64,000 nt of DNA from Candidatus Omnitrophota bacterium. Its GTDB lineage: Bacteria; Omnitrophota; Gorgyraeia; Zapsychrales; JAHFFX01. The notes under the pieces are model-generated. The model had not been told where the DNA came from and did not search any database. It was given only the letters and a program-made list of their open reading frames with translations. The DNA is taken from the NCBI GenBank assembly GCA_023247725.1, contig JAHFFW010000004.1:19921-83920 (forward strand), given 5' to 3'. A program made the position numbers and the translations under genes. Every line of letters starts with the position of its first letter. Within the stretch, counting starts at the first letter, position 1. Below, in pieces: positions 18,948 to 27,974 of the stretch.

Positions 18948-19625
18948 ATGCCTAAGCGTCCATTGACTCAAAAGGAGGCTTATAAAGCGGGAACAGACCA
19001 CCAGTTTGTTGACTCCATTGAGCTGGGTCCATGGACATCGTACAGTCTTTTGCATGACCCCAAACATATGTGCTTTGCCCTGTCCCGGTACAAATTTTGT
19101 GCAAAGGTATTGGAGGGAAAGGCCAACGTTCTGGAGGTGGGCTGCGGGGATGCCTTTGGGATTCCCATCGTGGCCCAGGCGGTGCAGCGGGTGGTGGCGG
19201 TGGACCCGGAGGACCGGCTGATCCGTTCCAATAAAAAAAGATTGAGGGGCATAAAGAACATTGAATTTCAAAGGCTTGATATCTGTGAAGAAGTTCCTAA
19301 AGAAATTTTTGCTGCTACGTTTTCCGTGGACGTCATTGAGCATCTGGATGCTCATTTGAACGGTGCTTTTATGCGCCATCAGTGTGAGTGTCTGCATCCC
19401 GACGGCATTTGCATCGTGGGGACCCCCAACATCACCGCCGGAAAATATGCCACGCCCCGCAGTCGGATCGAACACATCAATCTCAAAAGTCATGAGGCCC
19501 TGCGCGAGCAGATGGGAACATACTTTAAGAATGTCTTTATGTTTTCCATGAATGATGAAGTCGTGCATACCGGATTTGCGCCCATGGCGCATTATCTCTT
19601 TGGTGTCGGGATGGGTCTGAAATGA
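18948..19625 (+). CDS. Class I SAM methyltransferase (paralog of 23346-24038)
   Basis: VLEVGCGDAFG, DVIEH, GTPN, FSMNDEVVHTG. Confidence 0.9.
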   Translation: MPKRPLTQKEAYKAGTDHQFVDSIELGPWTSYSLLHDPKHMCFALSRYKFCAKVLEGKANVLEVGCGDAFGIPIVAQAVQRVVAVDPEDRLIRSNKKRLRGIKNIEFQRLDICEEVPKEIFAATFSVDVIEHLDAHLNGAFMRHQCECLHPDGICIVGTPNITAGKYATPRSRIEHINLKSHEALREQMGTYFKNVFMFSMNDEVVHTGFAPMAHYLFGVGMGLK

Positions 19626-20833
19626 AAAGCCAGACCAAGGCAGAATACAAAGTTGTGGCCAGGCGCGAATCCTGCGCAATCTGTCATTCGTCGGACCTTG
19701 CGGTTTTGCTGGATCATCCCGGGCTCCCTTTGACGGGAATTTTTTCCCAGAAACCGATGGAGGAACAGCCCAGCGGCATCGACCAGCAATTCCTATTTTG
19801 TTCAGCCTGCGGCCATGGGCAATTGGCCTTTGCCGTGGATCCATCCCACCTTTATGACGAGACTTATATTTTTCGCACCTCCTTAAGTGCCACGGCCCGG
19901 GCCGGGACAGATTTTTTTCTGAATTTTTTGAAATCCATCCGGCCGCAATTGGATTTTCAATGCGCCCTCGATATCGGGTGCAATGACCTGTATTTGTTAA
20001 AACAATTGCAGGATAAAGTCCCAATCCGCGTCGGGATCGATCCCATGTGGGCGGCGCAGCCCCTTCCGGATCACACCGAAGGGATTGGGCTCATCGGCGG
20101 GACGCTAGAGGAAGCCGATGTGATGGGGGCCACTCACCGACGGCCTGACCTCGTGGTCTGCCGTCACACCCTCGAACATATTTTTGATCCCCGGCAAATG
20201 CTGGAAAAACTCGTCTCCATAACCTCCGATCAAACCCTTTTTGTTTTTGAATTGCCGGGATTGGACACGCTCATGGAGCGTTCGCGATTTGACCAGATTT
20301 TTCACCAGCATTTGCAATATTTCTCTTTGCACTCGCTTTGCGGGCTGATGCGGCTGTTCAATTTGCATCTGATCGATTACCAAATCCATTATCATGACTG
20401 GGGAGCCATGGCGGTGGCCTTTTCCAAACAAGGACGATCTGCCAGGGAACAAGATCCCCCTTTTCGGTTCGATATCCGCGTCATGAAGGATCGGTTTAAA
20501 ATTTTTCAGCAGCATCTGCAACGCGTGGGCCGGATTCTCGATTCCTTTAAGGATTCGGTGATCTATGGGTATGGGGCCTCTGCCATGTTGCCGATCCTCG
20601 CTTACCATATGCAGCACGATCTCGGTCTTTTGCAGGCTGTCCTTGATGATGATATCCGTCGGGCTGGACTTTATTATGCGAATCTACCGCTCAGGATTCA
20701 CCACCCCAGCGAAGTCAAAAATTTCACTGAAACCAATATTTTTCTAACCGCCGTTGATTCGGTGGAGCCGATTTTGACGAAGTTAATGGCCAGCCGGCCC
20801 AAAAATATTATCTTTCCTTTGGAGGCGATGTGA
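19622..20833 (+). CDS. NDP-sugar C-methyltransferase-like protein
   Basis: N-terminal Zn knuckle CAIC/CSAC, DIGCND, HTLEH, HQHLQYFS, C-terminal YGAS domain (TcaB9/NovU-type architecture). Confidence 0.8.
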   Translation: MKSQTKAEYKVVARRESCAICHSSDLAVLLDHPGLPLTGIFSQKPMEEQPSGIDQQFLFCSACGHGQLAFAVDPSHLYDETYIFRTSLSATARAGTDFFLNFLKSIRPQLDFQCALDIGCNDLYLLKQLQDKVPIRVGIDPMWAAQPLPDHTEGIGLIGGTLEEADVMGATHRRPDLVVCRHTLEHIFDPRQMLEKLVSITSDQTLFVFELPGLDTLMERSRFDQIFHQHLQYFSLHSLCGLMRLFNLHLIDYQIHYHDWGAMAVAFSKQGRSAREQDPPFRFDIRVMKDRFKIFQQHLQRVGRILDSFKDSVIYGYGASAMLPILAYHMQHDLGLLQAVLDDDIRRAGLYYANLPLRIHHPSEVKNFTETNIFLTAVDSVEPILTKLMASRPKNIIFPLEAM

Positions 20834-21612
20834 TGGAATTGGGTATCCGCGGAAAAAAGGCTCTCGTGACCGGATCCGGGCGTGGCATCGGTCAGGCCAT
20901 TGCCTTGGCGCTGGCTCAGGAAGGCGCCAAGGTTGCGGTTGTGGCCCGCACAAAGAATGACATTGACCGGCTCATGCAACAGATGGCAGGAGGTAAGACC
21001 GGTCATTGTGGTGTGAGTTTGGATCTGACGGTCGAAGGTGCACCGAAAAAGTTGGTCCAGGTTTTGAAAACAAGGGATTTTCCTTCCTTTGATATCGTCG
21101 TACATAACCTGGGAAGTGCTCTCGACATTCGCGATCCATTCTGTTCGCTGGACCAATGGCGGCAGGTCATGCGGATCAATTTTGAAATCGCCGTGGAATT
21201 GAATCTTTTGTTAATCCCGGCCATGCAGAAAAAAAGGTGGGGACGGGTCGTCCATATTTCGTCCATTGCGGCCATGGAAAATCAGGGGCCGGTGACGTAT
21301 TGCGCGGCCAAGGCGGCCTTGACGGCTTACACGCGCAGTATGGGTGGTGTTGTTGCTCCCGACGGGGTTGTGATGTCCGCGGTTTTGCCCGGGGCTGTCT
21401 TTACGGAAAAAGGTTATTGGGATATCGCCTCCCGAACGAATCCGAACCATGTGAGAAAATTCCTCACTGAACGCCAGCGCATTGGGCGCTTTGGCGAGCC
21501 GCAGGAGATTGCCCATTTTGTCACCTTTTTGTGTTCGGACTTGGCCTCCTTCAACACCGGGGCGATTGTTCCCGTCGATGGGGGACAGGGGAGAGGTTAT
21601 TTTGGGCAATAG
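20830..21612 (+). CDS. SDR
   Basis: TGSGRGIG, YCAAK, GAIVPVDGG. Confidence 0.92.
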   Translation: MMELGIRGKKALVTGSGRGIGQAIALALAQEGAKVAVVARTKNDIDRLMQQMAGGKTGHCGVSLDLTVEGAPKKLVQVLKTRDFPSFDIVVHNLGSALDIRDPFCSLDQWRQVMRINFEIAVELNLLLIPAMQKKRWGRVVHISSIAAMENQGPVTYCAAKAALTAYTRSMGGVVAPDGVVMSAVLPGAVFTEKGYWDIASRTNPNHVRKFLTERQRIGRFGEPQEIAHFVTFLCSDLASFNTGAIVPVDGGQGRGYFGQ

Positions 21613-22414
21613 GGTTGTTCCACCAAAAGAGGAATGGCAAATCCATAACGCGTATCGCCGCCGGATCGTGGACATGGTCTGCGAAGGAAAGGATGGCCAT
21701 ATCCCGAGCGCCTTCTCCATTATTGATATCATCGCCGTCCTTTATCAATATTATTTAAAATTTGATGCGAAGAATCCCGCCTGGGAAAAGCGGGATTATT
21801 TCATTTTGAGCAAGGGCCACGGGTGCCTGGCCCTTTACGTTGTCTTGAAAGAACATGGCTTTTTGACCGAAAACGATTTGAATGGATTCTGCCAGCCCGA
21901 CGGAATTTTGGGCGAACACCCCGATGCAACGAAGGTTCCGGGAGTGGAGCTCTCCACCGGTTCGCTGGGCCATGGCTTTTCCATGGCGGTGGGAATGGCC
22001 TTAGGTTTACGCATCCAAAATAGGAATAACCGGTTGTTTGTTTTGGTCGGCGACGGGGAATGTCACGAAGGAACCGTGTGGGAAGCGGCGAATGTCGCCA
22101 ATAATTTGCAGCTGGGAAATCTTTGTGTCGTCGTCGACTGGAATGGTTCGGCCGCACAACTCATGCCGCGCGATGATCTGCCGGCCAAATGGAAGGCCTT
22201 CGGCTGGGAAACCCACGTCATCGACGGCCATTCCGTGACCGAATTACGCCAGGCCTTGGACCGAATTGCTTTTAAAAGTGTGGGAACCCCGACCGTGATT
22301 GTCGCTAAGACGATCAAAGGAAAAGGCGTTCCCTTGTTAGAAGGTCACGGGACCTGGCATCACCGGATTCCTAAACCCGACGAGTACAAGATCATCATGG
22401 AGGCCTTGGCGTGA
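21602..22414 (+). CDS. Transketolase, N-terminal (ThDP-binding) subunit
   Basis: GHIPSAFS, LSKGH, TGSLGHG, GDGECHEG..WEA, TIKGKG, WHH; TTG start at 21602 inferred from GGAGAGG SD. Confidence 0.92.
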   Translation: MGNRVVPPKEEWQIHNAYRRRIVDMVCEGKDGHIPSAFSIIDIIAVLYQYYLKFDAKNPAWEKRDYFILSKGHGCLALYVVLKEHGFLTENDLNGFCQPDGILGEHPDATKVPGVELSTGSLGHGFSMAVGMALGLRIQNRNNRLFVLVGDGECHEGTVWEAANVANNLQLGNLCVVVDWNGSAAQLMPRDDLPAKWKAFGWETHVIDGHSVTELRQALDRIAFKSVGTPTVIVAKTIKGKGVPLLEGHGTWHHRIPKPDEYKIIMEALA

Positions 22415-23343
22415 GCGCCTCACCCATTCGTGATCAATTCGCCCAAACGATGCTGGAGGTCGGAGCCGCTGATTCGGATCTTGTGGTTTTGGTGGGTGAC
22501 ATCAGCCATTTCAAATTGCAGCCTTTTGCGCAAGCGTGCCCCGGGCGGTTTTATAACATCGGAATTTGTGAACCCACCATGGTCAGCATGGCCGCGGGCC
22601 TGGCCAAGGTCGGGCTTATTCCGGTCGCTCATACCATTGCCCCTTTTTTGTTGGAACGTTCCTTTGAGCAGATCAAACTGGATTTTGGGTATCACCAATT
22701 GGGAGGAAACCTCATCACCGTCGGAAGCGCCTTTGATTATGCGAATCTGGGATGCACCCATCACTGCTACGATGATTTTGCCTTACTGGGAAATCTTCCC
22801 GGAACCCAACTTTTTTATCCGGGAAGCGCTGTGGAATTTGATACCCTTTTTCGCCAAGTCTATCGCAGGGGCCGTCTCAATCTTTTTCGTCTTCCGGCCA
22901 TCGCGCATCAACAAACCTGGAACAACGATGACATTATCCCGGGAAAGGCCATCCTGGTTCAGGAGGGAAGTGATTTGACGATTATCACCACCGGCCCTCA
23001 TCTGACAACGGCCTTGGCTGCGCAAGATGAGTTGCGCCAAAAGGGATTTCATCCCGAAATCATTTATATTCACACCATCGTTCCTCTTGACCGGGATCAA
23101 TTGTTAGCCAGCGTGCAAAAGACGCGCCGCATTCTCGTCGTGGAGGAACACGTCTTTCATGGCGGGTTGTCCAGTCGGGTGTTGGAACTGGTCCGCGGCA
23201 TTCGGGATTTACAATTTTCAAGTTTATGTCTGTCCAACGAATTTGCCACCCACTATGGTTCGTACGAGGATCAATGCCGGCGCGTTGGTCTGACGAAGGA
23301 AGGGATCCTTCGTCATGTCTTGGAAAAATTTTCTAAAAACTAG
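22411..23343 (+). CDS. Transketolase, C-terminal subunit
   Basis: NIGICEPTMVSMAAGLA, GCTHH, VVEEH. Confidence 0.92.
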   Translation: MSASPIRDQFAQTMLEVGAADSDLVVLVGDISHFKLQPFAQACPGRFYNIGICEPTMVSMAAGLAKVGLIPVAHTIAPFLLERSFEQIKLDFGYHQLGGNLITVGSAFDYANLGCTHHCYDDFALLGNLPGTQLFYPGSAVEFDTLFRQVYRRGRLNLFRLPAIAHQQTWNNDDIIPGKAILVQEGSDLTIITTGPHLTTALAAQDELRQKGFHPEIIYIHTIVPLDRDQLLASVQKTRRILVVEEHVFHGGLSSRVLELVRGIRDLQFSSLCLSNEFATHYGSYEDQCRRVGLTKEGILRHVLEKFSKN

Positions 23344-23345
23344 CG

Positions 23346-24038
23346 ATGCCAAAACCAAAGACCAAAGAGGCGCAAAATCAATTCCAATTCGACCATTACC
23401 GTGGGAAGGGACCCGTCGGGCTTGGTCCCTGGAGCAGTCATAGCTGGCGGGACGATCCAAAGCACATTGGGTTTACGCTGGCCCGGTACAAGTTTTGCGC
23501 CAAAATGCTTCATGGCAAAAAAGAAGTTCTGGAAATCGGATGCGGCGATGCCTTTGGAACCCCCATCATTTTGGAATCCGCTCGAAGGATTCATGCCGTC
23601 GATTTTGAGCCGCTCATTGTGGCTGATGCCCGGGCCCGCTATCGAAAAGAAGGAATGGGCCCGATCACTTTTTCAGTTGAGGACCTCACGGTGCGGCCGG
23701 TTCCCGGAAGTTTTGATGCGGTCTATTCGCTCGATGTTCTGGAACACATTCCGCAAAGAAAAGAAAGTCGTTTTATGAACAATATCGTTGCGAGTTTGAA
23801 ACCTGATGCGGTTTGTATTCTAGGAACCCCGAATAAAGAGGCCCGACGATTTGCCAGCAAAGCGAGCCAAGAAGGCCACGTCAATTTAAAAACCGCCCAG
23901 ACCTTAAGAATGCTCCTGATGCGTTATTTTAAGAATGCCCTGATTTTTTCCATGAATGATGAAATCGTGCATACCGGTTATTACCCGATGGCTCATTATT
24001 TATTGGGAATGGGTGTTGGGTTAAGGGCGCTATCATGA
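23346..24038 (+). CDS. Class I SAM methyltransferase (paralog of 18948-19625)
   Basis: VLEIGCGDAFG, DVLEH, GTPN, FSMNDEIVHTG. Confidence 0.9.
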   Translation: MPKPKTKEAQNQFQFDHYRGKGPVGLGPWSSHSWRDDPKHIGFTLARYKFCAKMLHGKKEVLEIGCGDAFGTPIILESARRIHAVDFEPLIVADARARYRKEGMGPITFSVEDLTVRPVPGSFDAVYSLDVLEHIPQRKESRFMNNIVASLKPDAVCILGTPNKEARRFASKASQEGHVNLKTAQTLRMLLMRYFKNALIFSMNDEIVHTGYYPMAHYLLGMGVGLRALS

Positions 24039-24790
24039 CGGCGATGGACAAAAGTCTAACGGTTGTTGTCCCTGCCTTTAACGAGGAACAAAATATCCTC
24101 TCGGCCATTGAAAATGTAAAGGGTGCTTTGGAAGGGATGGACTGGGAAATCATTGTGGTCAATGACGGAAGCTCGGATCAAACCGGTTCTTTGGCGGAAA
24201 AAAAGGCCAAGACCGATGCGCGGGTCCGGGTCGTCCATAATGAAAAAAATCTCGGCTACGGACACGCCTTTCAGCGGGGGGTGGGGTTGGCCACGCGTTC
24301 TTACATTGGAATATTCCCCGGCGATAACGATATGTCGGCAAAATCCCTGCTCGATTTGGTGGAAAACATCGGCGACGCGGACATGATCACGGCCTATATG
24401 TCCGATAGCAAGAGGCGACCTTGGGGCCGGCGATGTCTTTCGCGTTTATTTGTTTTCTTGTTGAGCGTGCTTTTCGGGTTGCCGCTCAAATATTACAACG
24501 GTCCGTTCATTTGCCGGCGGGGATTATTACAATCCTTAGCCATCAAATCGGAGGGGCTGACGGCTTTGGCGGAGTGCAAAATTCGCCTGCTGAAAATGGG
24601 ATGCACCTATAAAGAAATCCGTTTTGACCATACTGGCCGCCAGGCCGGGCGTTCCAGCGCGCTGCGATGGAAAAGCATCAAACAGACTTTAAGAAATGTT
24701 GCCATCCTTTTTAAAGACATTTATCTGACTCCTCGGGTTCTTCAACAAGAACCGGGCAGATCAACATGGAAGAACGCATTAAAACAATAA
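24035..24790 (+). CDS. GT2 glycosyltransferase (polyprenol-phosphate, DPM1-like)
   Basis: VPAFNEE, VNDGSSD, NLGYG, GDND. Confidence 0.9.
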   Translation: MTAMDKSLTVVVPAFNEEQNILSAIENVKGALEGMDWEIIVVNDGSSDQTGSLAEKKAKTDARVRVVHNEKNLGYGHAFQRGVGLATRSYIGIFPGDNDMSAKSLLDLVENIGDADMITAYMSDSKRRPWGRRCLSRLFVFLLSVLFGLPLKYYNGPFICRRGLLQSLAIKSEGLTALAECKIRLLKMGCTYKEIRFDHTGRQAGRSSALRWKSIKQTLRNVAILFKDIYLTPRVLQQEPGRSTWKNALKQ

Positions 24791-24802
24791 AACCGGAGTA
24801 TT

Positions 24803-25318
24803 GTGTTCTATCTTCTTGCCAGTTGGTTTTTTTTTAGTTTGGCGGTTATCGCTCATATTGTTTGGTCGCGGAAAACAAGAAATCCATCCCGCTGGCTTGC
24901 GATGTTTTGCTTCATTGCTCTCATCATGCTTTGCGGGGATGTCGTCTTCGCTGGAATTTTTAGCCACGTTGTCGGAAACAATAGCCCTGGAGTAGCCACA
25001 TTGCCCCTCTACGGAACGGCGATTGTTTTTTATGTGATGTTGGTGCCCGTCTATACCTTGTTATATTTTGCCATGCTGACGGACAGTCCCTCGAAAATGA
25101 TTCTCAAGAAACTGCAAGCCGAGGGAACTTCGACCTATGAAGATTTATTGAAGCTCCTGACTTATGAAGAGGTTATTTCGCCGCGGTTGCAGGATCTTGA
25201 GGCCGGTGGCTTCATTCGTCGGGAAAACGATCAATATTGGCTTTTGCGTCGAGGGCACGGGGTGGCGAAATTGATTTCGCTTTGCCAAAAAATTTGCAAC
25301 CGGGGATTGGGAGGATAG
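24803..25318 (+). CDS. Membrane protein, ~3 TM plus C-terminal winged-helix-like domain
   Basis: GGAG SD plus GTG; three hydrophobic segments, then DSPS..IL...RLQDLEAGGFI...YWL. Confidence 0.6.
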   Translation: MFYLLASWFFFSLAVIAHIVWSRKTRNPSRWLAMFCFIALIMLCGDVVFAGIFSHVVGNNSPGVATLPLYGTAIVFYVMLVPVYTLLYFAMLTDSPSKMILKKLQAEGTSTYEDLLKLLTYEEVISPRLQDLEAGGFIRRENDQYWLLRRGHGVAKLISLCQKICNRGLGG

Positions 25319-25330
25319 TCAAAAAAGAAC

Positions 25331-25897
25331 ATGTTCAGTATTTTTGATCAATTCATTTTGGTGATGGCAGGGCTTTCTTGCCTTTTCTTCATTGCGATTC
25401 AAGTCCTGGTGTTTCGTTTTATCGGTGCTGCCGGGGTCTTAAAGTGGCTTATGAACGTTTATTGGATCAGCACGATTTTGGGAGAAGGATTGACCATCTT
25501 TTTTGCCCGGAACGTATCGGCCTTCCATGGACGAGGACCGGCAGAGCTCGTGATCGTCTTTTTGGTATCCTTTATCCTTTACAGTTTAATGGCTTTTTTG
25601 TATGTCTTATTTATTTTGGGTCCTTACGAATCATCGGTCCGGTTACGGATTGTTCAGGAGATGGATCGCTATTATCCCAAAGGCTGCTCATTGGCGGCGC
25701 TTTTGCAGGCGTATAATACGGAAATTATTTTAAAACGCCGTTTAGGTCGCTTAATGGAGGCAGGAGATATATCCTACGACGGGCATTTATATCATCTTAA
25801 AAAGGAAATCAATCTCTTTTTGGTGACCGATCGAATGGTCGCCCAACTGAATGAATTCATCAATGGTCCTAAGGGCGATCAAAAGCAGTCCTTGTGA
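25331..25897 (+). CDS. Membrane protein, ~3 TM plus winged-helix-like domain (related to the previous gene)
   Basis: Hydrophobic N-half, then ESSVRLRI...RRLGRLMEAGDI...YHL. Confidence 0.6.
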   Translation: MFSIFDQFILVMAGLSCLFFIAIQVLVFRFIGAAGVLKWLMNVYWISTILGEGLTIFFARNVSAFHGRGPAELVIVFLVSFILYSLMAFLYVLFILGPYESSVRLRIVQEMDRYYPKGCSLAALLQAYNTEIILKRRLGRLMEAGDISYDGHLYHLKKEINLFLVTDRMVAQLNEFINGPKGDQKQSL

Positions 25898-27974
25898 GAG
25901 AACCCCGAACCGGTCTTCGCTAATGCTTTTTATCGTTCCGGTTGCCTTCTGGCTCTTTTTGTTCCGTGATCTGGTCACGGCCAGGGCCTTTATTATCGGG
26001 GATTCCTTTAGCGTCTATTGTGTCGTGAAATTTTTTCTCGATTCCTTGCAGGAAGCGGTTTTTCCCTTGTGGGATCCTTTCTTAAATTTCGGTGAACCCT
26101 ATATACGGCATTTCGGTGAATTCAACCCCATCCTTATCCTCGTCGGAATTCTTTCGAAAACGGGGCTTTCCTTTTATCCGTCATTCTTGACGGCGTTTAT
26201 TATTTATTTTCTGTTGGGTGTGGCTGGCTTTTATTGGTTAGCCCTGCGGATTTTCCAAGATAAGGCGGCGGCGTATTTTTGTTTTGTGCTGCTTTTATTT
26301 TCTTCACTGGGCATGAACATCTTCAACCAAATCACCATTGTCTTGATCTATGTCCCCGTTGTCTGGTTTTTTTATTTTCTTTTGTGCTTTTACGAAAGCC
26401 CCGGGCATCGGGATTTTATGGGATGCGTGTTGACTTTATCAATGATTATCACGACGTATATTCCTTTTTATTTCTTGACGGTTTTCTTATTCATGTTTTT
26501 GGGCGTCGTTATTCTTTATCCTGCGGATGTGTCGGATTTTATTCGGAAATTAGCGGATTTTTTCCGCCCAAAAGCGATCTTTTGTTTTATCGGAGCGATC
26601 GTCCTGGCAATATCCCTAATGAGCGCCTGGTTCAATTACCGGTTGCTCAATTCGGATTTGAATGTTCCGGTTTGGCACTCGGCCACCCAGGCTTCCGCGG
26701 GCCTAGCCTTTGATTATGAACAACAAGCCACCAACGGAGCCATTCAAATTCCCTTGGGCAGGGGAATCTTTTCAGCTTCATTAATAGATATTCCTTACAG
26801 CAACGAGCGATTTTTTTATGTCCCGTTCTTTGTTTATCTGACGGTTTTGGCATTTCCCTGGACCCGCGCCAACCGGCGTATGGTGCTCTTCACGGGCGCA
26901 GGATTATTGCTTTTTTTTATCTGTTTAACCAAGGCTACGCCAGTTTATCCATTTTTCTTCAGGCATGTCTTTTATTTCAAATTATTCCGAAATTTGCATT
27001 TGTTCATTCCTTTTATCAGCTCCCTGCTGATTCTTTTGGCGGCCGAGCAATTGTCGGCTTTTTTTCAAATGGTTCAAGTCCATGGTAAAAAGTTTTGGGG
27101 TTATGGGTGGATTATTTTCTTTCATGCTGCCATTTTCGTTTTTTTATTGCGGCAGGAAGAAATTCTTTTAACGACTTTTTTGACGCTCCTGGTCAGTTTG
27201 GTATTTTTTTTGTTGGCGTGGGGTCGGCTTTTAACCCTCCGGAATGCCTGGACGCCCTGGGTGCTTTTACTGGCGATCATTTTGCAGCCCGTCGAGGTTC
27301 TCTGGGCTTTTCAAGACAAGGCCAAAAGTCATCACACGCCCATTATTGCCCGCGGTCTGCAGGCAGAAACCCGGCGCAGTGTTTTTTCCTATACGAGGCC
27401 GATGCCGAACGTCGTTGCAACTGACGTTGAGGATTACAATCTGTATTACAGTTATTTGGCCTTACGTGAAAATTCGCCGGTTTCCCCTTATCGTTATGGT
27501 TATCCGCCGCGTTGGTCGTATGAGCTTTCGCAAAATCTTGATCCTTTGACAGCCAAACTTCTTAGAAACCGTTTGCTCATTTTTAATTCTTCTCAAGAAG
27601 CAAGGATTTTGGGACTCGGGGCAGGCAGGTCCATCTGGGAGGGGTCGCAGGAAGTGCGCATCCTTCGCTTTGATCCAAACAAATTGATTCTCCAAACCCA
27701 TTTCTTAACGGAACAATTTTTTGTTCTGACGGATAGCTATCATCCGTTTTGGCGGGCCTGGATCAACGAAAAAGAGGTCCCCATCGAGCGTGCCCTGGGA
27801 GCCTTCCGAGGAATCAGGCTTCCTTGCGGACCCCAGGTGCTGCGATTGAAATATCAACCATGGGGAGCGGAAATTTTTCCCTGGATCACGATGATGATTC
27901 TGTGGTTAACCTTTGCGGATCTCCTGTATCTTTCTTGGAAAGGATTTCGTGGACGCAACCTTCGATCAGCATGA
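25851..27974 (+). CDS. YfhO-like multipass membrane protein (putative GT-C); true start uncertain (25863 or 25923)
   Basis: PLWDPFLNFGEP loop; many TMs; C-terminal VLTDSYHPFWRAWINEKEVPIERALGAFRGIRL YfhO-type signature. Confidence 0.75.
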   Translation: MNSSMVLRAIKSSPCERTPNRSSLMLFIVPVAFWLFLFRDLVTARAFIIGDSFSVYCVVKFFLDSLQEAVFPLWDPFLNFGEPYIRHFGEFNPILILVGILSKTGLSFYPSFLTAFIIYFLLGVAGFYWLALRIFQDKAAAYFCFVLLLFSSLGMNIFNQITIVLIYVPVVWFFYFLLCFYESPGHRDFMGCVLTLSMIITTYIPFYFLTVFLFMFLGVVILYPADVSDFIRKLADFFRPKAIFCFIGAIVLAISLMSAWFNYRLLNSDLNVPVWHSATQASAGLAFDYEQQATNGAIQIPLGRGIFSASLIDIPYSNERFFYVPFFVYLTVLAFPWTRANRRMVLFTGAGLLLFFICLTKATPVYPFFFRHVFYFKLFRNLHLFIPFISSLLILLAAEQLSAFFQMVQVHGKKFWGYGWIIFFHAAIFVFLLRQEEILLTTFLTLLVSLVFFLLAWGRLLTLRNAWTPWVLLLAIILQPVEVLWAFQDKAKSHHTPIIARGLQAETRRSVFSYTRPMPNVVATDVEDYNLYYSYLALRENSPVSPYRYGYPPRWSYELSQNLDPLTAKLLRNRLLIFNSSQEARILGLGAGRSIWEGSQEVRILRFDPNKLILQTHFLTEQFFVLTDSYHPFWRAWINEKEVPIERALGAFRGIRLPCGPQVLRLKYQPWGAEIFPWITMMILWLTFADLLYLSWKGFRGRNLRSA

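Noticed and set aside
18786-20024. 412-aa minus-strand ORF
   Set aside because: Antisense shadow of three well-supported + strand genes; no recognisable motifs
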